Below are positions 10,467-20,887 of a DNA stretch of 64,000 nucleotides, one piece after another. The position numbers and the translations under genes are program-made. The stretch is taken from assembly GCA_016219925.1 (NCBI GenBank), contig JACRJU010000015.1:4672-68671 (forward strand), read 5' to 3'. Under the pieces are notes generated by a model. That model was given only the letters and a program-made list of their open reading frames with translations, searched no databases and was not told where the DNA came from. The DNA comes from Candidatus Uhrbacteria bacterium (GTDB lineage Bacteria > Patescibacteriota > Patescibacteriia > UBA9934 > GWF2-40-263). The first letter of the stretch is position 1, and each line of letters starts with the position of its first letter.

Positions 10467-12242
10467 TTGATCCCAGAAGGACAAGAACCCGGTCTACAAA
10501 AGTTAAAGATCATGAAAGAAGTTTGGGAGGCTTATTTATCCGGTGAGGAAAAGACGCGTTATTTGAAACTTGCGGCTGGCTTGACGGTTGTGGGGGCGGC
10601 AGAGGGGATCGCTCCTTCATTGATCGGTCTTGCTATGGATAATCCAAGCGCAAAAATGGCCGCCATGCTTGCTCTCGGTTATCTTGGAACGCAAACCGTG
10701 ACCGGATGGGTTCAGAAAAAATTATCGGTTGACTTTGATCGTTTTCTCCATGACATCATGCAGAAACAGGAAGGATTGAATCAACGCTTGGCGCGCGATC
10801 TGGCCTTTCAACCCGGAGAACGCATGGCTAAAGGTGAAAGTCGTGGAAAAATCACCGCGACGCTTCGACGATCGCAAGATGCGTTTCAAGATATTCTTTA
10901 CTCGGTGGCAAAGACCCAAGCGCCTGCGATTGCGAGTACGGTCGTTGGTCTTGGAATGATGCTTGCAAATGATTGGCGACTTGGACTCGTGAGTTTGACG
11001 AGCGCTCCCATCGCGGTCGCGATTTCAAGACGCAATGAAAAGAAATCTGGACCGATTATTGAGGAGGCTTATCGAAATGAAGAAAAGATTGCTGAAGAGG
11101 TGGAGGATCAACTTCTTGCGCATCAGGATATTGTTTTAAGCGGGATGCGGGAACAAATGGCAGGACGTCTGGAAGGGCTTGCCAAGAAGAAAGGAGATCT
11201 CTCGCACGAACGTCGTTCTGCTCGACAAGGGATGCAGTTTCAATCGCAGACGCTTAACGGCGGAGTGTTTGCGGCTTTGACAGCGGGAGGGGTCGCGCTT
11301 CGGGAACTGGGAGTGCAACAAAGTGGGGCGATCGTGACCGCTCTTGTTTATAGCGGGATGTTTCGAAATAGTTGGGATCAAATCGTTTATGCAAATAATT
11401 CTCTTCTGGAAAGTCTCAAATCTATTGAGATGATGGAGGAGGTTTTTAACGGGTATGCAGATGCAGAGGTTGAGGCGGATGATCAACGGATCGGGGCTTC
11501 AGAAATTGAAGAATACTCCTTCGAGGTGGATCATGTTTCTCTTGGGCTTGAAGGAGAAGGAAAAATCATTGATGACGTATCTTTTCGCGTTCCAGCCGGA
11601 GGTGTCGTGCGTTTAGAAGGGAAGAGCGGTCAAGGAAAGACGACGCTCACGCGGCTTATGTCTGGATACTATCAACCGAGCCAAGGAGAAATTCGAATCG
11701 GAGGGCACGCGGTTTCGGAGATAAAAAAAGCTGGTCCCGATTCTCTTTATGCGCGTGTCGCGTATCTCTCACAACATCCCTACATTTTTGAAAGTGGGAG
11801 CATCAAAGATAATTTAGCGTTCGGGAATCCGGACGTCACGGATGATCAAATGCGGGCTGTGCTTCAGGAGTTGGAATTAGCCCCTCGTTTTACAATAAAA
11901 GGGGTCCTTCAGCTCGATGAGAAACCCCAAGGACTTTCTGGAGGAGAAAAAGCACGATTGGGTTTGGCGCGTGTTTTGTTGAAGATTCGGTCTCACGAAA
12001 ACGGTGGGGTGGTCTTTTTGGATCAGGCCACCGAAGAGCTTGATGAACAGACTGAAGCGCAGGTTGCCCATATTCTTCTTGAAGAAAAGAGACAACGTCC
12101 CAACACAACGTTTGTGATCATCAGCCATCGTGAGGAATTTGTTGAGGCGTTATCTCATCCAAAAGAGGGAGAGGGACTTTCGATACAACGCGTCCGTTTA
12201 AGTGGGGGGAAACTTGTGGAGGATTCATCTGTGGTAAACTAA
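10467..12242 (+). CDS. ABC transporter, fused permease/ATP-binding (start uncertain, alternative ATG at 10512)
   Basis: TM helices, Walker A GKSGQGKT, LSGGE, VFLDQAT, SHR. Confidence 0.85.
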   Translation: MIPEGQEPGLQKLKIMKEVWEAYLSGEEKTRYLKLAAGLTVVGAAEGIAPSLIGLAMDNPSAKMAAMLALGYLGTQTVTGWVQKKLSVDFDRFLHDIMQKQEGLNQRLARDLAFQPGERMAKGESRGKITATLRRSQDAFQDILYSVAKTQAPAIASTVVGLGMMLANDWRLGLVSLTSAPIAVAISRRNEKKSGPIIEEAYRNEEKIAEEVEDQLLAHQDIVLSGMREQMAGRLEGLAKKKGDLSHERRSARQGMQFQSQTLNGGVFAALTAGGVALRELGVQQSGAIVTALVYSGMFRNSWDQIVYANNSLLESLKSIEMMEEVFNGYADAEVEADDQRIGASEIEEYSFEVDHVSLGLEGEGKIIDDVSFRVPAGGVVRLEGKSGQGKTTLTRLMSGYYQPSQGEIRIGGHAVSEIKKAGPDSLYARVAYLSQHPYIFESGSIKDNLAFGNPDVTDDQMRAVLQELELAPRFTIKGVLQLDEKPQGLSGGEKARLGLARVLLKIRSHENGGVVFLDQATEELDEQTEAQVAHILLEEKRQRPNTTFVIISHREEFVEALSHPKEGEGLSIQRVRLSGGKLVEDSSVVN

Positions 12243-12248
12243 ATTCTT

Positions 12249-12716
12249 ATGAAACTCGAATCAAGAAAAGCCGCGCCGGATTTTACCCTGCCGGATCAAC
12301 AGGGAAAGCCGCACACTCTAAGCGATAGCCGAGGGCAATGGGTCCTCCTGTATTTTTATCCGAAAGATGATACGCCGGGATGTACGCAGGAGGCCTGCGG
12401 CATTCGGGATCACTTCCTGCGTTTCAGGCGTGCCAAATTGAAGGTGTTAGGTGTTAGTGTGGATTCCGTCAGGAGCCATGAGAAGTTCGTCAAGAAATAT
12501 GATCTGCCGTTTGTTTTGCTTTCGGATACAGAAAAAATGGTGGTTAAGACTTACGGCGTTTGGGCTAAAAAGAAATTTATGGGCAAGGAGTACATGGGAA
12601 TCAATCGCACGTCATTCTTGATAGACCCCGACGGAATCATCGCGCGCGTGTATAAAGATGTGAAGCCTGCGATCCACGCCGAACAGGTCTTGGACGATCT
12701 GAAAGGTTTGTTATAA
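12249..12716 (+). CDS. bcp: Thioredoxin-dependent peroxiredoxin BCP
   Basis: FYPKDDTPGCTQEAC. Confidence 0.93.
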   Translation: MKLESRKAAPDFTLPDQQGKPHTLSDSRGQWVLLYFYPKDDTPGCTQEACGIRDHFLRFRRAKLKVLGVSVDSVRSHEKFVKKYDLPFVLLSDTEKMVVKTYGVWAKKKFMGKEYMGINRTSFLIDPDGIIARVYKDVKPAIHAEQVLDDLKGLL

Positions 12717-12761
12717 TGCGAGCGACAATGAATGAAAAGGTAACTACCAACCATTGGGTGA

Positions 12762-12838
12762 AGACGGATTTGTGACCATGTCTCCGGGCCAACGGACTTA
12801 TCGCCGTTGTTCCTTCCGACATGGTCACAAATCCGTCT
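12762..12838 (+). repeat. Palindromic element copy A: 21-bp perfect stem enclosing the 35-nt conserved core
   Basis: AGACGGATTTGTGACCATGTC-[TCCGGGCCAACGGACTTATCGCCGTTGTTCCTTCC]-GACATGGTCACAAATCCGTCT. Confidence 0.9.
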
Positions 12839-12855
12839 CATGTCGTATCATAATT

Positions 12856-13302
12856 ATGAAAGTCATTCTTCTTGTAGACGTTAAAGCGCTGGGAAAGCAG
12901 GGAAGCATCGTTGAAGTGAGCGACGGGCATGCCCGTAATTTTCTTTTTCCACAGAATCTCGCTGTTGCTGCCACTCCCGAGGCGCTCGAGAAAAAACGAT
13001 TGCGAGAAGAAGCGCTAAAAAAAGAGTCTCACAAAGAGTTGAGTCTTTTTGGCGATCTGGCCGCGAAACTCGACGGGCATGAAGTCCTGATCGAGCAGAA
13101 AATGAATGACAACGGAACGCTCTATGGCGCTGTCGGTGCAACACAGATCGCCTCTGCGCTAAAAAAAGACGGCTTTAAGCAAATTGATTCATCCATGATT
13201 CATCTCGATGAACCCCTTAAGGAACCGGGAGAGTACGCCGCCAAAGTTGTGCTCCCACACGGTTTTGAGGCGGACATTCGAGTTATTATCGAAGGGAAAT
13301 AA
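12856..13302 (+). CDS. rplI: 50S ribosomal protein L9
   Basis: [26 protein letters not shown]; LYGAV. Confidence 0.96.
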   Translation: MKVILLVDVKALGKQGSIVEVSDGHARNFLFPQNLAVAATPEALEKKRLREEALKKESHKELSLFGDLAAKLDGHEVLIEQKMNDNGTLYGAVGATQIASALKKDGFKQIDSSMIHLDEPLKEPGEYAAKVVLPHGFEADIRVIIEGK

Positions 13303-13304
13303 GT

Positions 13305-14924
13305 ATGCGCCACAAATATGTCTTCGTGATCGGGGGAGTGATGTCGTCAGTCGGGAAAGGAGTCACATCCGCGTCCATCGCTAAACTGATGCAAGCGCGC
13401 GGGTACAAGGTCACCAACATCAAGTGTGACATGTACATCAACATTGATGCGGGGACGATTCGTCCGACGGAACACGGAGAAGTCTTTGTGGGAGAGGATG
13501 GAATTGAGGCGGATCAGGATTTGGGAAATTACGAACGCTACACAGGCAACGCCATGAAGGCAGAAAATTACATTACGACCGGTCAGGTTTATCAAGAAGT
13601 GATTCGCAAAGAGCGCAATTTGGAATACGCGGGAGAAGACGTCGAAGTCGTGCCAGACATCCCAAACGAGATTATTCGCCGCATCCAGGCCGCCGCAAAG
13701 AAAGATCAGGCGGAGATTACCGTTGTGGAGTTTGGGGGGACGGTTGGGGAATATCAGGTTCTGCTTTTTTTGGAAGCCGCGCGCATGATGAAGCGTGCCC
13801 ATCCCAAAGATATCGCTTTTGTGCTCGTGAGTTATCTGCCGGTTCCCAGCCATATTGGCGAGATGAAAACCAAGCCGACCCAGCATGCTTCTCGTACCCT
13901 AAATGAGGCGGGCATTCAGGCGGATTTTATCGTGGCGCGCGGGCCGCATATGCTCGATAAGCCGCGCTGTGATCGCTTGTCGGTTTTTTGCAATGTGGAC
14001 GAAGGGCATGCGTTGAGTGCCCCTGATGTCGAGACGATTTATGAAGTGCCGCTCGTATTGGAAAATCAGGAATTTTCAAAAAAGATGCTTCAACGGTTGA
14101 ACCTCAAACCGAAGAAGAAGGACTTAGAGGAGTGGGGGAAGTTCGTAAAAAAAATTAAGAGTCTGAGACGCGAGTTGAACATTGGGATCGTTGGGAAATA
14201 TTTTGGGACGGGAGATTTTACGCTTTCCGATTCCTATATTTCGGTGATTGAATCCATCAAACACGCATGCTGGTCGCAGGGGGTGAAACCGAAACTCACC
14301 TGGATCAACTCTGAGACTTTTGAAAAAAATCCCTCACAACTTAAGACGCTTTCTTCTTACGATGGCATTATTGTTCCGGGTGGCTTTGGGGAAAGAGGAG
14401 TCGAGGGGATCATCGCCGCCATTCAGTACGTTCGGGAAAACAAGATTCCGTATTTTGGGTTGTGTTATGGAATGCAGCTTGCGTGTATCGAATTCGCGCG
14501 GCATGTGGTCGGCCTCAAAGAGGCTCACACCACGGAGATCAATCCAAAAATAAAAGTTCCCATCATCTATCTCAATCCCCTGCAGGCCCGCAATGTGGTC
14601 GAAAAAAAGTACGGGGCGACGATGCGTCTTGGCGCGTATGCTTGTGAACTCGTTTCAGGAACCAAAGCGCGCAAGGCGTATGGCAAGCAGATGATTTCCG
14701 AACGCCATCGCCATCGATATGAGTTTAACAATGCGTATCTTGAAACGCTTCGAGATGCCGGGTTGGTAATTTCAGGAGTGAATCCACAACAACATTTGAT
14801 TGAAATTATTGAGCTAAAAAACCACCCGTTTTTTGTGGGGGTCCAGTTCCATCCGGAGTTTCAATCGCGGCCGCTTGATCCGCACCCGTTGTTTTTGGCT
14901 TTCGTCAAAGCCTCAATGAAATAG
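13305..14924 (+). CDS. pyrG: CTP synthase
   Basis: GGVMSSVGKG, EHGEVFV, DLGNYER, KTKPTQH, GLCYGMQ, ERHRHRYE, QFHPEF. Confidence 0.98.
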   Translation: MRHKYVFVIGGVMSSVGKGVTSASIAKLMQARGYKVTNIKCDMYINIDAGTIRPTEHGEVFVGEDGIEADQDLGNYERYTGNAMKAENYITTGQVYQEVIRKERNLEYAGEDVEVVPDIPNEIIRRIQAAAKKDQAEITVVEFGGTVGEYQVLLFLEAARMMKRAHPKDIAFVLVSYLPVPSHIGEMKTKPTQHASRTLNEAGIQADFIVARGPHMLDKPRCDRLSVFCNVDEGHALSAPDVETIYEVPLVLENQEFSKKMLQRLNLKPKKKDLEEWGKFVKKIKSLRRELNIGIVGKYFGTGDFTLSDSYISVIESIKHACWSQGVKPKLTWINSETFEKNPSQLKTLSSYDGIIVPGGFGERGVEGIIAAIQYVRENKIPYFGLCYGMQLACIEFARHVVGLKEAHTTEINPKIKVPIIYLNPLQARNVVEKKYGATMRLGAYACELVSGTKARKAYGKQMISERHRHRYEFNNAYLETLRDAGLVISGVNPQQHLIEIIELKNHPFFVGVQFHPEFQSRPLDPHPLFLAFVKASMK

Positions 14925-15036
14925 TCGTTTTAGCCCAAGCGGGGTTGACAAAACCCCGTTTTTTTGATATATTTTGTGGTTCCCAAGTTTCTTTTCTCAA
15001 CCCATCACACGCCGGCGAACCGGCCTTGGAGGATCC

Positions 15037-15531
15037 ATGATCGCTCTGATCGAGTTCTTCGTCCTTCTCTTCGCAACGGTGGGTCTGTTCACGCTTGCGT
15101 GGCGGATTCTCCGAAGCGGATGGGGGTACGTCGCCAAGGGCATCGGCTGTATCGCCGTCATCGTCCTGTGGTGGGCGATGATCAATCAGCCCTTCAGCGG
15201 TCGCTGGGGTGGTGACCATGGCGTCCTCACCGACATGATCGCGACCTTTGGAATCATGATCGGGGCCACTTGGGGACTGCGCCGTGTCGGCAACGATCGG
15301 CGCCGTCAAGCAGCGGTCGTGGGAGGGACGCTCGTTCTCCTCGCGCTCATGTGGATTCCGCGCGTGCTCTCTGGCACATTCACCCTCCCGCCTGTGCCCT
15401 CAGCTCCCGCGACGTCCGTCCCTTCACCTGCTCCAGCTCGCGATGCCGGCCCCCGCCACCATCACGCGGGCGGCTTGCTCGACTGTGACGCTCTCTCCTA
15501 CGAGGGCAAGCAGAAGGCTGGTTGCCCCTAG
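15037..15531 (+). CDS. GC-rich hypothetical membrane protein
   Basis: GGAGG SD, four TM segments, Pro-rich tail; own TTGACA promoter and downstream hairpin/T-tract. Confidence 0.65.
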   Translation: MIALIEFFVLLFATVGLFTLAWRILRSGWGYVAKGIGCIAVIVLWWAMINQPFSGRWGGDHGVLTDMIATFGIMIGATWGLRRVGNDRRRQAAVVGGTLVLLALMWIPRVLSGTFTLPPVPSAPATSVPSPAPARDAGPRHHHAGGLLDCDALSYEGKQKAGCP

Positions 15532-15621
15532 TTCCTGCCCGGATCTCAATGATGACCCATCATCTGCGAGATCCGGGCGCTCTTTTTTTATCAATCTCTG
15601 TGGTGGTATAATCTCGCCGAT

Positions 15622-16158
15622 ATGTTTTCCCCTGGTCTTGTCGTCATCACAGGCCCGATGTTTTCGGGCAAAAGTACGGAGCTCATCCGACGTCTCACTA
15701 TTGCGAAGATTGCCAAGCTTCCCGTACAGGTGTTTAAGCCCGCGCGCGATACACGCACCGCATCGCAGATTTGTTCGCGAGATGGCTGTTGCATTTCAGC
15801 AATCAACGTTTCTGGCCCGGCAGATATTCTCGAGCTCGCCAAAGACGCTCGCGTGGTCGGCATTGACGAGGCTCATTTTTTTGAGGAGAGTCTTGGCACT
15901 ATTGCCATGACGCTTGCACGCAGTGGCAAACAAGTTATCATCGCCGGCCTTAACCTCGATTTTCAGGAACGGCCTTTTGCATGCATTCCCGAACTGCTGG
16001 CTCTCGCTGATGAGATTGTGCAGGTACACGCCTTGTGCACGGCTTGTAACGAGCGTCTTGCAACCCGTTCCCAGAGGCTGTTAGGCGGCCAGGAGCGCTA
16101 TCAGGTGGGCGACACGGAATATGCTCCTCGATGTTTGCACTGCTTCAAGCCTTCTTGA
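15622..16158 (+). CDS. tdk: Thymidine kinase
   Basis: GPMFSGKSTEL, IDEAHFF, AGLNLDF, CxxC...CxxC. Confidence 0.95.
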   Translation: MFSPGLVVITGPMFSGKSTELIRRLTIAKIAKLPVQVFKPARDTRTASQICSRDGCCISAINVSGPADILELAKDARVVGIDEAHFFEESLGTIAMTLARSGKQVIIAGLNLDFQERPFACIPELLALADEIVQVHALCTACNERLATRSQRLLGGQERYQVGDTEYAPRCLHCFKPS

Positions 16159-16212
16159 CAGTTTTGTCCCATTCCAGCACACTTCTAACTTCTCACTTCT
16201 TACTTCTTCCCT

Positions 16213-16494
16213 ATGGCACACAAAAAAGCCGGTGGTTCCACAGACCTTGGCCGCGATTCGCAAAGTAAACGTCTTGGCGTCAAAGTCGCGGATGGACAGC
16301 CGATTGCAGCAGGACAGATCATTGTCCGTCAGCGCGGCACAAAAATTCATCCAGGCAAAAATGTCCGCAAAGGCGCGGATGATACCTTGTATGCGGCGAT
16401 TCAAGGCATCGTGAAATTTACAAGCAAAAAGGCCGAGAATTTTCACGGAGCGCTCAAAGTGCGTAAAACAGCGAACGTGGAATCCCAAAAATAA
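16213..16494 (+). CDS. rpmA: 50S ribosomal protein L27
   Basis: [21 protein letters not shown]. Confidence 0.98.
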   Translation: MAHKKAGGSTDLGRDSQSKRLGVKVADGQPIAAGQIIVRQRGTKIHPGKNVRKGADDTLYAAIQGIVKFTSKKAENFHGALKVRKTANVESQK

Positions 16495-16496
16495 AT

Positions 16497-16521
16497 CAAA
16501 AACACCCGTTCGGGTGTTTTT
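16497..16521 (+). terminator. Intrinsic terminator after rpmA
   Basis: AAAACACCCG-TT-CGGGTGTTTTT. Confidence 0.7.
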
Positions 16522-16565
16522 GGTTTTGCCGAGGTCCCTATAAATTTGATACCATGAGAGCACCT

Positions 16566-16826
16566 ATGCAAACGATTGAACAACAGATTGAACAGGTTCT
16601 TGAACAGATCCGACCAGCTCTACGATTAGATGGGGGCGGCATCGAGCTTGTGCGTTTCGATGAGGCCACCGGAACCGTCTATGTTCGGATGCGCGGAGCC
16701 TGTGTGGGATGTCCAATGTCGGAGATCACTCTTAAGATGGGTGTGGAGGCGGCATTGCAGGATGTCCTCCCGCAGGTGATGCAAGTGATCGCCGAAGACC
16801 CAGACGCATGTGAGTCGAACCCGTAA
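16566..16826 (+). CDS. NifU C-terminal domain protein
   Basis: IRPAL..DGGGIE, GACVGCP. Confidence 0.9.
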   Translation: MQTIEQQIEQVLEQIRPALRLDGGGIELVRFDEATGTVYVRMRGACVGCPMSEITLKMGVEAALQDVLPQVMQVIAEDPDACESNP

Positions 16827-17205
16827 GCGCGTAAAACAGTTCTTCAAAACTTTTCGCGAGCTCATCGTGGCCAGCCCACTTTCCCGCTGGACGCTCCTCG
16901 CAAGCTTTTTGATTTTTCTCGCGATGCTTGCCTTACCTATCTGGCGGGTGGTTCCTCTGGCGTCAACCAAGCCGTTTATCCCGCTCCATTACAATATCTA
17001 TTTTGGTGTGGATCGTTTTGGTCCGTGGGAGCAAGCTTTTGTGATTCCAGCGCTCGGTTTGCTCTTTTGGTTCATCAGCGCGATCATGCAAACGATTTTT
17101 TTTCGCAAAGAAAAACTGCTCGTGCGATTTTTTGCGATGAGTACTGTATTCATCGAGCTGATTTTTCTCGTCGCGATCATCTTGCTCATTTTGCTTAACA
17201 TCTGA
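16810..17205 (+). CDS. Hypothetical membrane protein (IPLHYNIYFGVD motif)
   Basis: Three TM segments, coupled to mraY. Confidence 0.7.
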   Translation: MSRTRKRVKQFFKTFRELIVASPLSRWTLLASFLIFLAMLALPIWRVVPLASTKPFIPLHYNIYFGVDRFGPWEQAFVIPALGLLFWFISAIMQTIFFRKEKLLVRFFAMSTVFIELIFLVAIILLILLNI

Positions 17206-17206
17206 T

Positions 17207-18262
17207 ATGCCCCTTGAATCGTTTCAAATCGTTCGGGTTCTGCTCTTGAGTGCGCTCGCGTTTGCGACCGCCTTTGCCTGGGCGCCCCTCTTGATGCATG
17301 CCCTGCAAAAGTGGCGCATGGCCAAGACGATTCGACCCGCTTCGGATGCGCCGGTGTATGCAAAACTCCATGCAAAAAAAGTCGGAACGCCAACGATGGG
17401 TGGCATTTTGATCTGGGCGACGGTATTGTTATTGGCGCTGGTTTTTGATGCTCTGTACACGTCCTTTCCGCAAAACGCCATTTTTGCACAGTTCACTTTT
17501 CTTTCGCGCCAGCAGACTTTGCTTCCTTTGGGAGCTCTTGTGGCTTCAGCGATCGTGGGGTTTGTGGATGATTATTTCAACGCGCGCGGTATCGGACCCA
17601 AGGGCGGGGGATTGCGCATGCGTCACCGATTGTTTATCTACACCGCTATTGCGGTGGTGGGGGCATGGTGGTTCCGCGCGAAACTTGATTGGGATTTACT
17701 CCACGTGCCGTTCATTGGTGATTTCAACATTGGCTTGTGGTATGTCCCCTTTTTTATTTTTGTAATTGTGGCCACAGCGTTTTCGGTAAATGAAACTGAC
17801 GGACTGGATGGTTTGGCTGGCGGAACTTTGCTCACCTCGTTTGGCGCCTATGCGATAATCGCTTTCGCGCAGGGGAAATATGATCTGGCGGTTTTTTGCG
17901 GAGTGATTCTTGGAGCGCTTTTGGCTTTTCTGTGGTTCAACATTAATCCAGCCAGTTTTTTTATGGGCGATACGGGTGCGATGGCTTTGGGAGTGACGCT
18001 CGGCATCGTGGCCATGCTCACCAACGCCGCCTTGCTGTTGCCGATTGTCGGTTTTATTTTTTTGTTGGAATCGCTTTCGGTGTTGGTGCAAGTCGGTTGG
18101 CGTCTGACGTTTAAGAAAAAACTTCTTTTATCCGCGCCGTTCCATCACCATCTTGAAGCAACGGGTTGGACCGAACCGCAGATTGTGATGCGGCTATGGG
18201 TGATTTCGATGGTGTTTGCGGCCATTGGAGTCAGTTTGGCTTTGCTTGATGCTTTGATGTAG
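17207..18262 (+). CDS. mraY: Phospho-N-acetylmuramoyl-pentapeptide transferase
   Basis: KVGTPTMGG, DDY, NETDGLDGLA, FMGDTG, APFHHH. Confidence 0.96.
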   Translation: MPLESFQIVRVLLLSALAFATAFAWAPLLMHALQKWRMAKTIRPASDAPVYAKLHAKKVGTPTMGGILIWATVLLLALVFDALYTSFPQNAIFAQFTFLSRQQTLLPLGALVASAIVGFVDDYFNARGIGPKGGGLRMRHRLFIYTAIAVVGAWWFRAKLDWDLLHVPFIGDFNIGLWYVPFFIFVIVATAFSVNETDGLDGLAGGTLLTSFGAYAIIAFAQGKYDLAVFCGVILGALLAFLWFNINPASFFMGDTGAMALGVTLGIVAMLTNAALLLPIVGFIFLLESLSVLVQVGWRLTFKKKLLLSAPFHHHLEATGWTEPQIVMRLWVISMVFAAIGVSLALLDALM

Positions 18263-18282
18263 AGACCTCTATAAACGCGTTC

Positions 18283-19386
18283 ATGAAACATTCTGCTCAC
18301 ACAATGGATGTCCCGCTCCTTCTGATCGTTTTCGCGATTGTTCTTTTTGGATTGATCATGCTCTGGTCCGCTTCGGCGCCCAGCGGCTATGAGCAGTTTT
18401 CAGACAGCTATTATTATTTGAAGCATCAACTCATTTTTGGATTCATTCCCGGGGTGGCCGCGATGTTTCTTCTTTCACGTGTTTCCTATACGTTTTGGCA
18501 CCGACATGCGTGGAATCTGCTCATCATTTCTCTTGCCTTGCTCGTTTTGGTTTTTATTCCGGGCGTTTCCGCAGGAATCGGGACAGCTCATAGCTGGATT
18601 TCGGTAGGTGGATTGTTTTCCGTTCAGCCCTCCGAGATCGTGAAGCTGACTTTTTTGTTTTATCTTGCGGCGTGGTTGGGCGCGCGCGATGAACACGGGA
18701 TGCGCGATGCGCATTCGGGTTTCTTGCCGTTTCTTCTCGTACTCGGAACAATTATGTTGTTGATGGTTCTTCAGCCGGATATCGGCACGATGTCCATCAT
18801 CGCCGCCATGGCGCTCGTGGTGTATTTCACGGCAGGTGCGCCGATCGTTTATGTGGGGGGACTCATTTTGGCGGGGGTGGGAGCGCTCACGATACTCATT
18901 AAGGCCGCCCCCTATCGCGCCGCGCGATTCACAACATTTCTGCATCCCGAGCTTGATCCAAAAGGAATCGGTTATCACATCAATCAAGCTCTTCTTGCGA
19001 TCGGTTCCGGCGGATTTTTTGGTCTTGGGTATGGCCACTCGCGACAAAAGTTTCAGTACCTGCCGGAAGTCGCTGGTGATTCTATTTTTGCCGTTGTGGG
19101 AGAAGAACTCGGATTTGTAGTTTCTTTGCTGGTGATCGGAATATTTTTGCTCTTGTTGTGGCGTTTGCTTCACATCGCGCAACATGCGCCGGACAAATTC
19201 GCCAAATATGTCGTCATCGGTATTGCGTCTTGGATTTGTATTCAGGCGTTTGTGAATATCGGTTCGATGGTTGCCTTGATGCCCATCACAGGTGTACCGT
19301 TGCCGTTCATCAGTTACGGTGGAACATCCCTTGCGGTGACAATGGCCGCAATCGGTGTTGTGCTCAACATTAGTAAACACGCATGA
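18283..19386 (+). CDS. ftsW: Peptidoglycan glycosyltransferase FtsW (SEDS family)
   Basis: QPSE..K, QPD.G, YLPE..D, GVPLPFISYGGTS; between mraY and murG. Confidence 0.92.
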   Translation: MKHSAHTMDVPLLLIVFAIVLFGLIMLWSASAPSGYEQFSDSYYYLKHQLIFGFIPGVAAMFLLSRVSYTFWHRHAWNLLIISLALLVLVFIPGVSAGIGTAHSWISVGGLFSVQPSEIVKLTFLFYLAAWLGARDEHGMRDAHSGFLPFLLVLGTIMLLMVLQPDIGTMSIIAAMALVVYFTAGAPIVYVGGLILAGVGALTILIKAAPYRAARFTTFLHPELDPKGIGYHINQALLAIGSGGFFGLGYGHSRQKFQYLPEVAGDSIFAVVGEELGFVVSLLVIGIFLLLLWRLLHIAQHAPDKFAKYVVIGIASWICIQAFVNIGSMVALMPITGVPLPFISYGGTSLAVTMAAIGVVLNISKHA

Positions 19387-20447
19387 AGATTTTGTTGGCC
19401 GGAGGAGGAACACTCGGCCCCGTCACCCCCCTGCTTGCTCTCGTTGAAGCCTGGCGCGCACGCGACCCGCAAGCGCAATTTGTGTTTGCCGGAACTCCAA
19501 CCGGGCCTGAACGTTCGATTGTTGAACGTCAGTATCACGTTGCGTTTCGGCCAATTCCGGCTGTGCGATTTGAACGGTTTTTCAGTTTGGAGTGGTTCGC
19601 TTTGCCGGTGTTTGTCCTTATCGCTCTGATCGCCGCTTTCAAAATGATCATTCAGGAAAAACCTGATGTGATTGTGGGGGCAGGAGGATATACCCAAGTC
19701 CCGATGATCATGGTTGGGTGGATTCTGCACGTACCTTCGTTTGTATTTCAGACGGATGTACGCCCCTTATTATCTACACGTCTCGCCGCGCCATTTGTGC
19801 ATCGCATTTATCTTGGATGGTCGCAGACAACATCGTTTTGGTTACACAAAAAAATGGAAGTCCTAGGTGTCCCCGTCCGTGCGTCTTTGCAGACAGGCTC
19901 ACGCGAGCGCGCCATAAAACGATTTGGTTTGGATGCCAGCAAGAAAACTCTGTTGGTGATTGGTGGCGGAACCGGTTCGCTCTGGTTCAATGAACAGTTG
20001 GTTCAGATCGTTCCTCAGCTTGCGCAAGCGTTTAATGTGATTCATTTGACGGGGCGCGGAAAAACGCCGCGCTCGCTTGAGCACCCACCGGGAGGATATT
20101 TCTGTGCGGAAATTTTAGATGAGGGGATGGAAGATGCCTATGCGGCGGCAGATCTCGTTCTGGCGCGCGCGGGGATGGGAACGATTAGTGAACTGTCGGC
20201 TCTTGGCAAATGCGCAATCCTGATTCCATTGCCTCATTCTGCCCAGCGCGAGAATGCTCAAGCGATGGAACAAGGAAGAGCCGCGCGTGTGCTTGATCAA
20301 GATCAGACAGATGCGTCAATGCTTCTTGATGAAATACGTTCACTGATGGAAGACCCGCAAAAACGGGAGGTGTATCAACAGCGCATAAGAGTTGTGTTGC
20401 GCACGGATGTCACAGACACTGTCATCAATCACATTTTGCAAAAATAA
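19383..20447 (+). CDS. murG: Lipid I GlcNAc transferase MurG
   Basis: GGGTLGP, GAGGY, GGGTGS, RAGMGTISE, Q..NA. Confidence 0.92.
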   Translation: MKILLAGGGTLGPVTPLLALVEAWRARDPQAQFVFAGTPTGPERSIVERQYHVAFRPIPAVRFERFFSLEWFALPVFVLIALIAAFKMIIQEKPDVIVGAGGYTQVPMIMVGWILHVPSFVFQTDVRPLLSTRLAAPFVHRIYLGWSQTTSFWLHKKMEVLGVPVRASLQTGSRERAIKRFGLDASKKTLLVIGGGTGSLWFNEQLVQIVPQLAQAFNVIHLTGRGKTPRSLEHPPGGYFCAEILDEGMEDAYAAADLVLARAGMGTISELSALGKCAILIPLPHSAQRENAQAMEQGRAARVLDQDQTDASMLLDEIRSLMEDPQKREVYQQRIRVVLRTDVTDTVINHILQK

Positions 20448-20483
20448 AGAGACACCTCATCGGGTGTCCCTTCATTTTGACGA

Positions 20484-20657
20484 TTAAGCGGCTGCTTCGT
20501 CGCCACCTTCCTCCGGGGCGTTTTCGCCCTCGGTTGGCGCTGCTGGTTCAGCAGCTGGCTGTGATTCCATAGAACCACCCGCACAGTCTGGGCACTTCTG
20601 CTCGGCATCGAGTTCTGCAGGTGCGCCGCACGCTGTGCAAACTCCGGATCCTTCCAT
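20484..20657 (-). CDS. Small zinc-ribbon protein with acidic tail
   Basis: CTAC...CPDC followed by an E/A/P-rich tail. Confidence 0.55.
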   Translation of the reverse strand: MEGSGVCTACGAPAELDAEQKCPDCAGGSMESQPAAEPAAPTEGENAPEEGGDEAAA

Positions 20658-20777
20658 AAGAGTATGGTTTATGTGAATTAGCATTGGAAGTTTACGTGTC
20701 TGGTTTTATTCTGTCAAACCTCATATTCCACTCTTTCATTTGAACAGAAATACCGTCCTAAAAACTAGGACGGTATT

Positions 20778-20852
20778 TGGTGCGCCGGGAGGGGGTCGAA
20801 CCCTCGACCACGAGCTTAAAAGGCTCTTGCTCTACCACTGAGCTACCGGCGC
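20778..20852 (-). tRNA. tRNA-Lys(TTT)
   Basis: Cloverleaf GCGCCGG..., anticodon loop CTTTTAA, GGTTCGA, CCA end; terminator hairpin 20748-20778. Confidence 0.95.
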
Positions 20853-20887
20853 AATAAAATAAGCGACAAAAATGTATCACTCTTATA

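Noticed and set aside
18475-19413. Long antisense or alternate-frame ORFs (e.g. 18475-19413, 27371-28126, 20953-21603, 28892-29563)
   Set aside because: Shadow ORFs of well-supported genes with no recognisable motifs.
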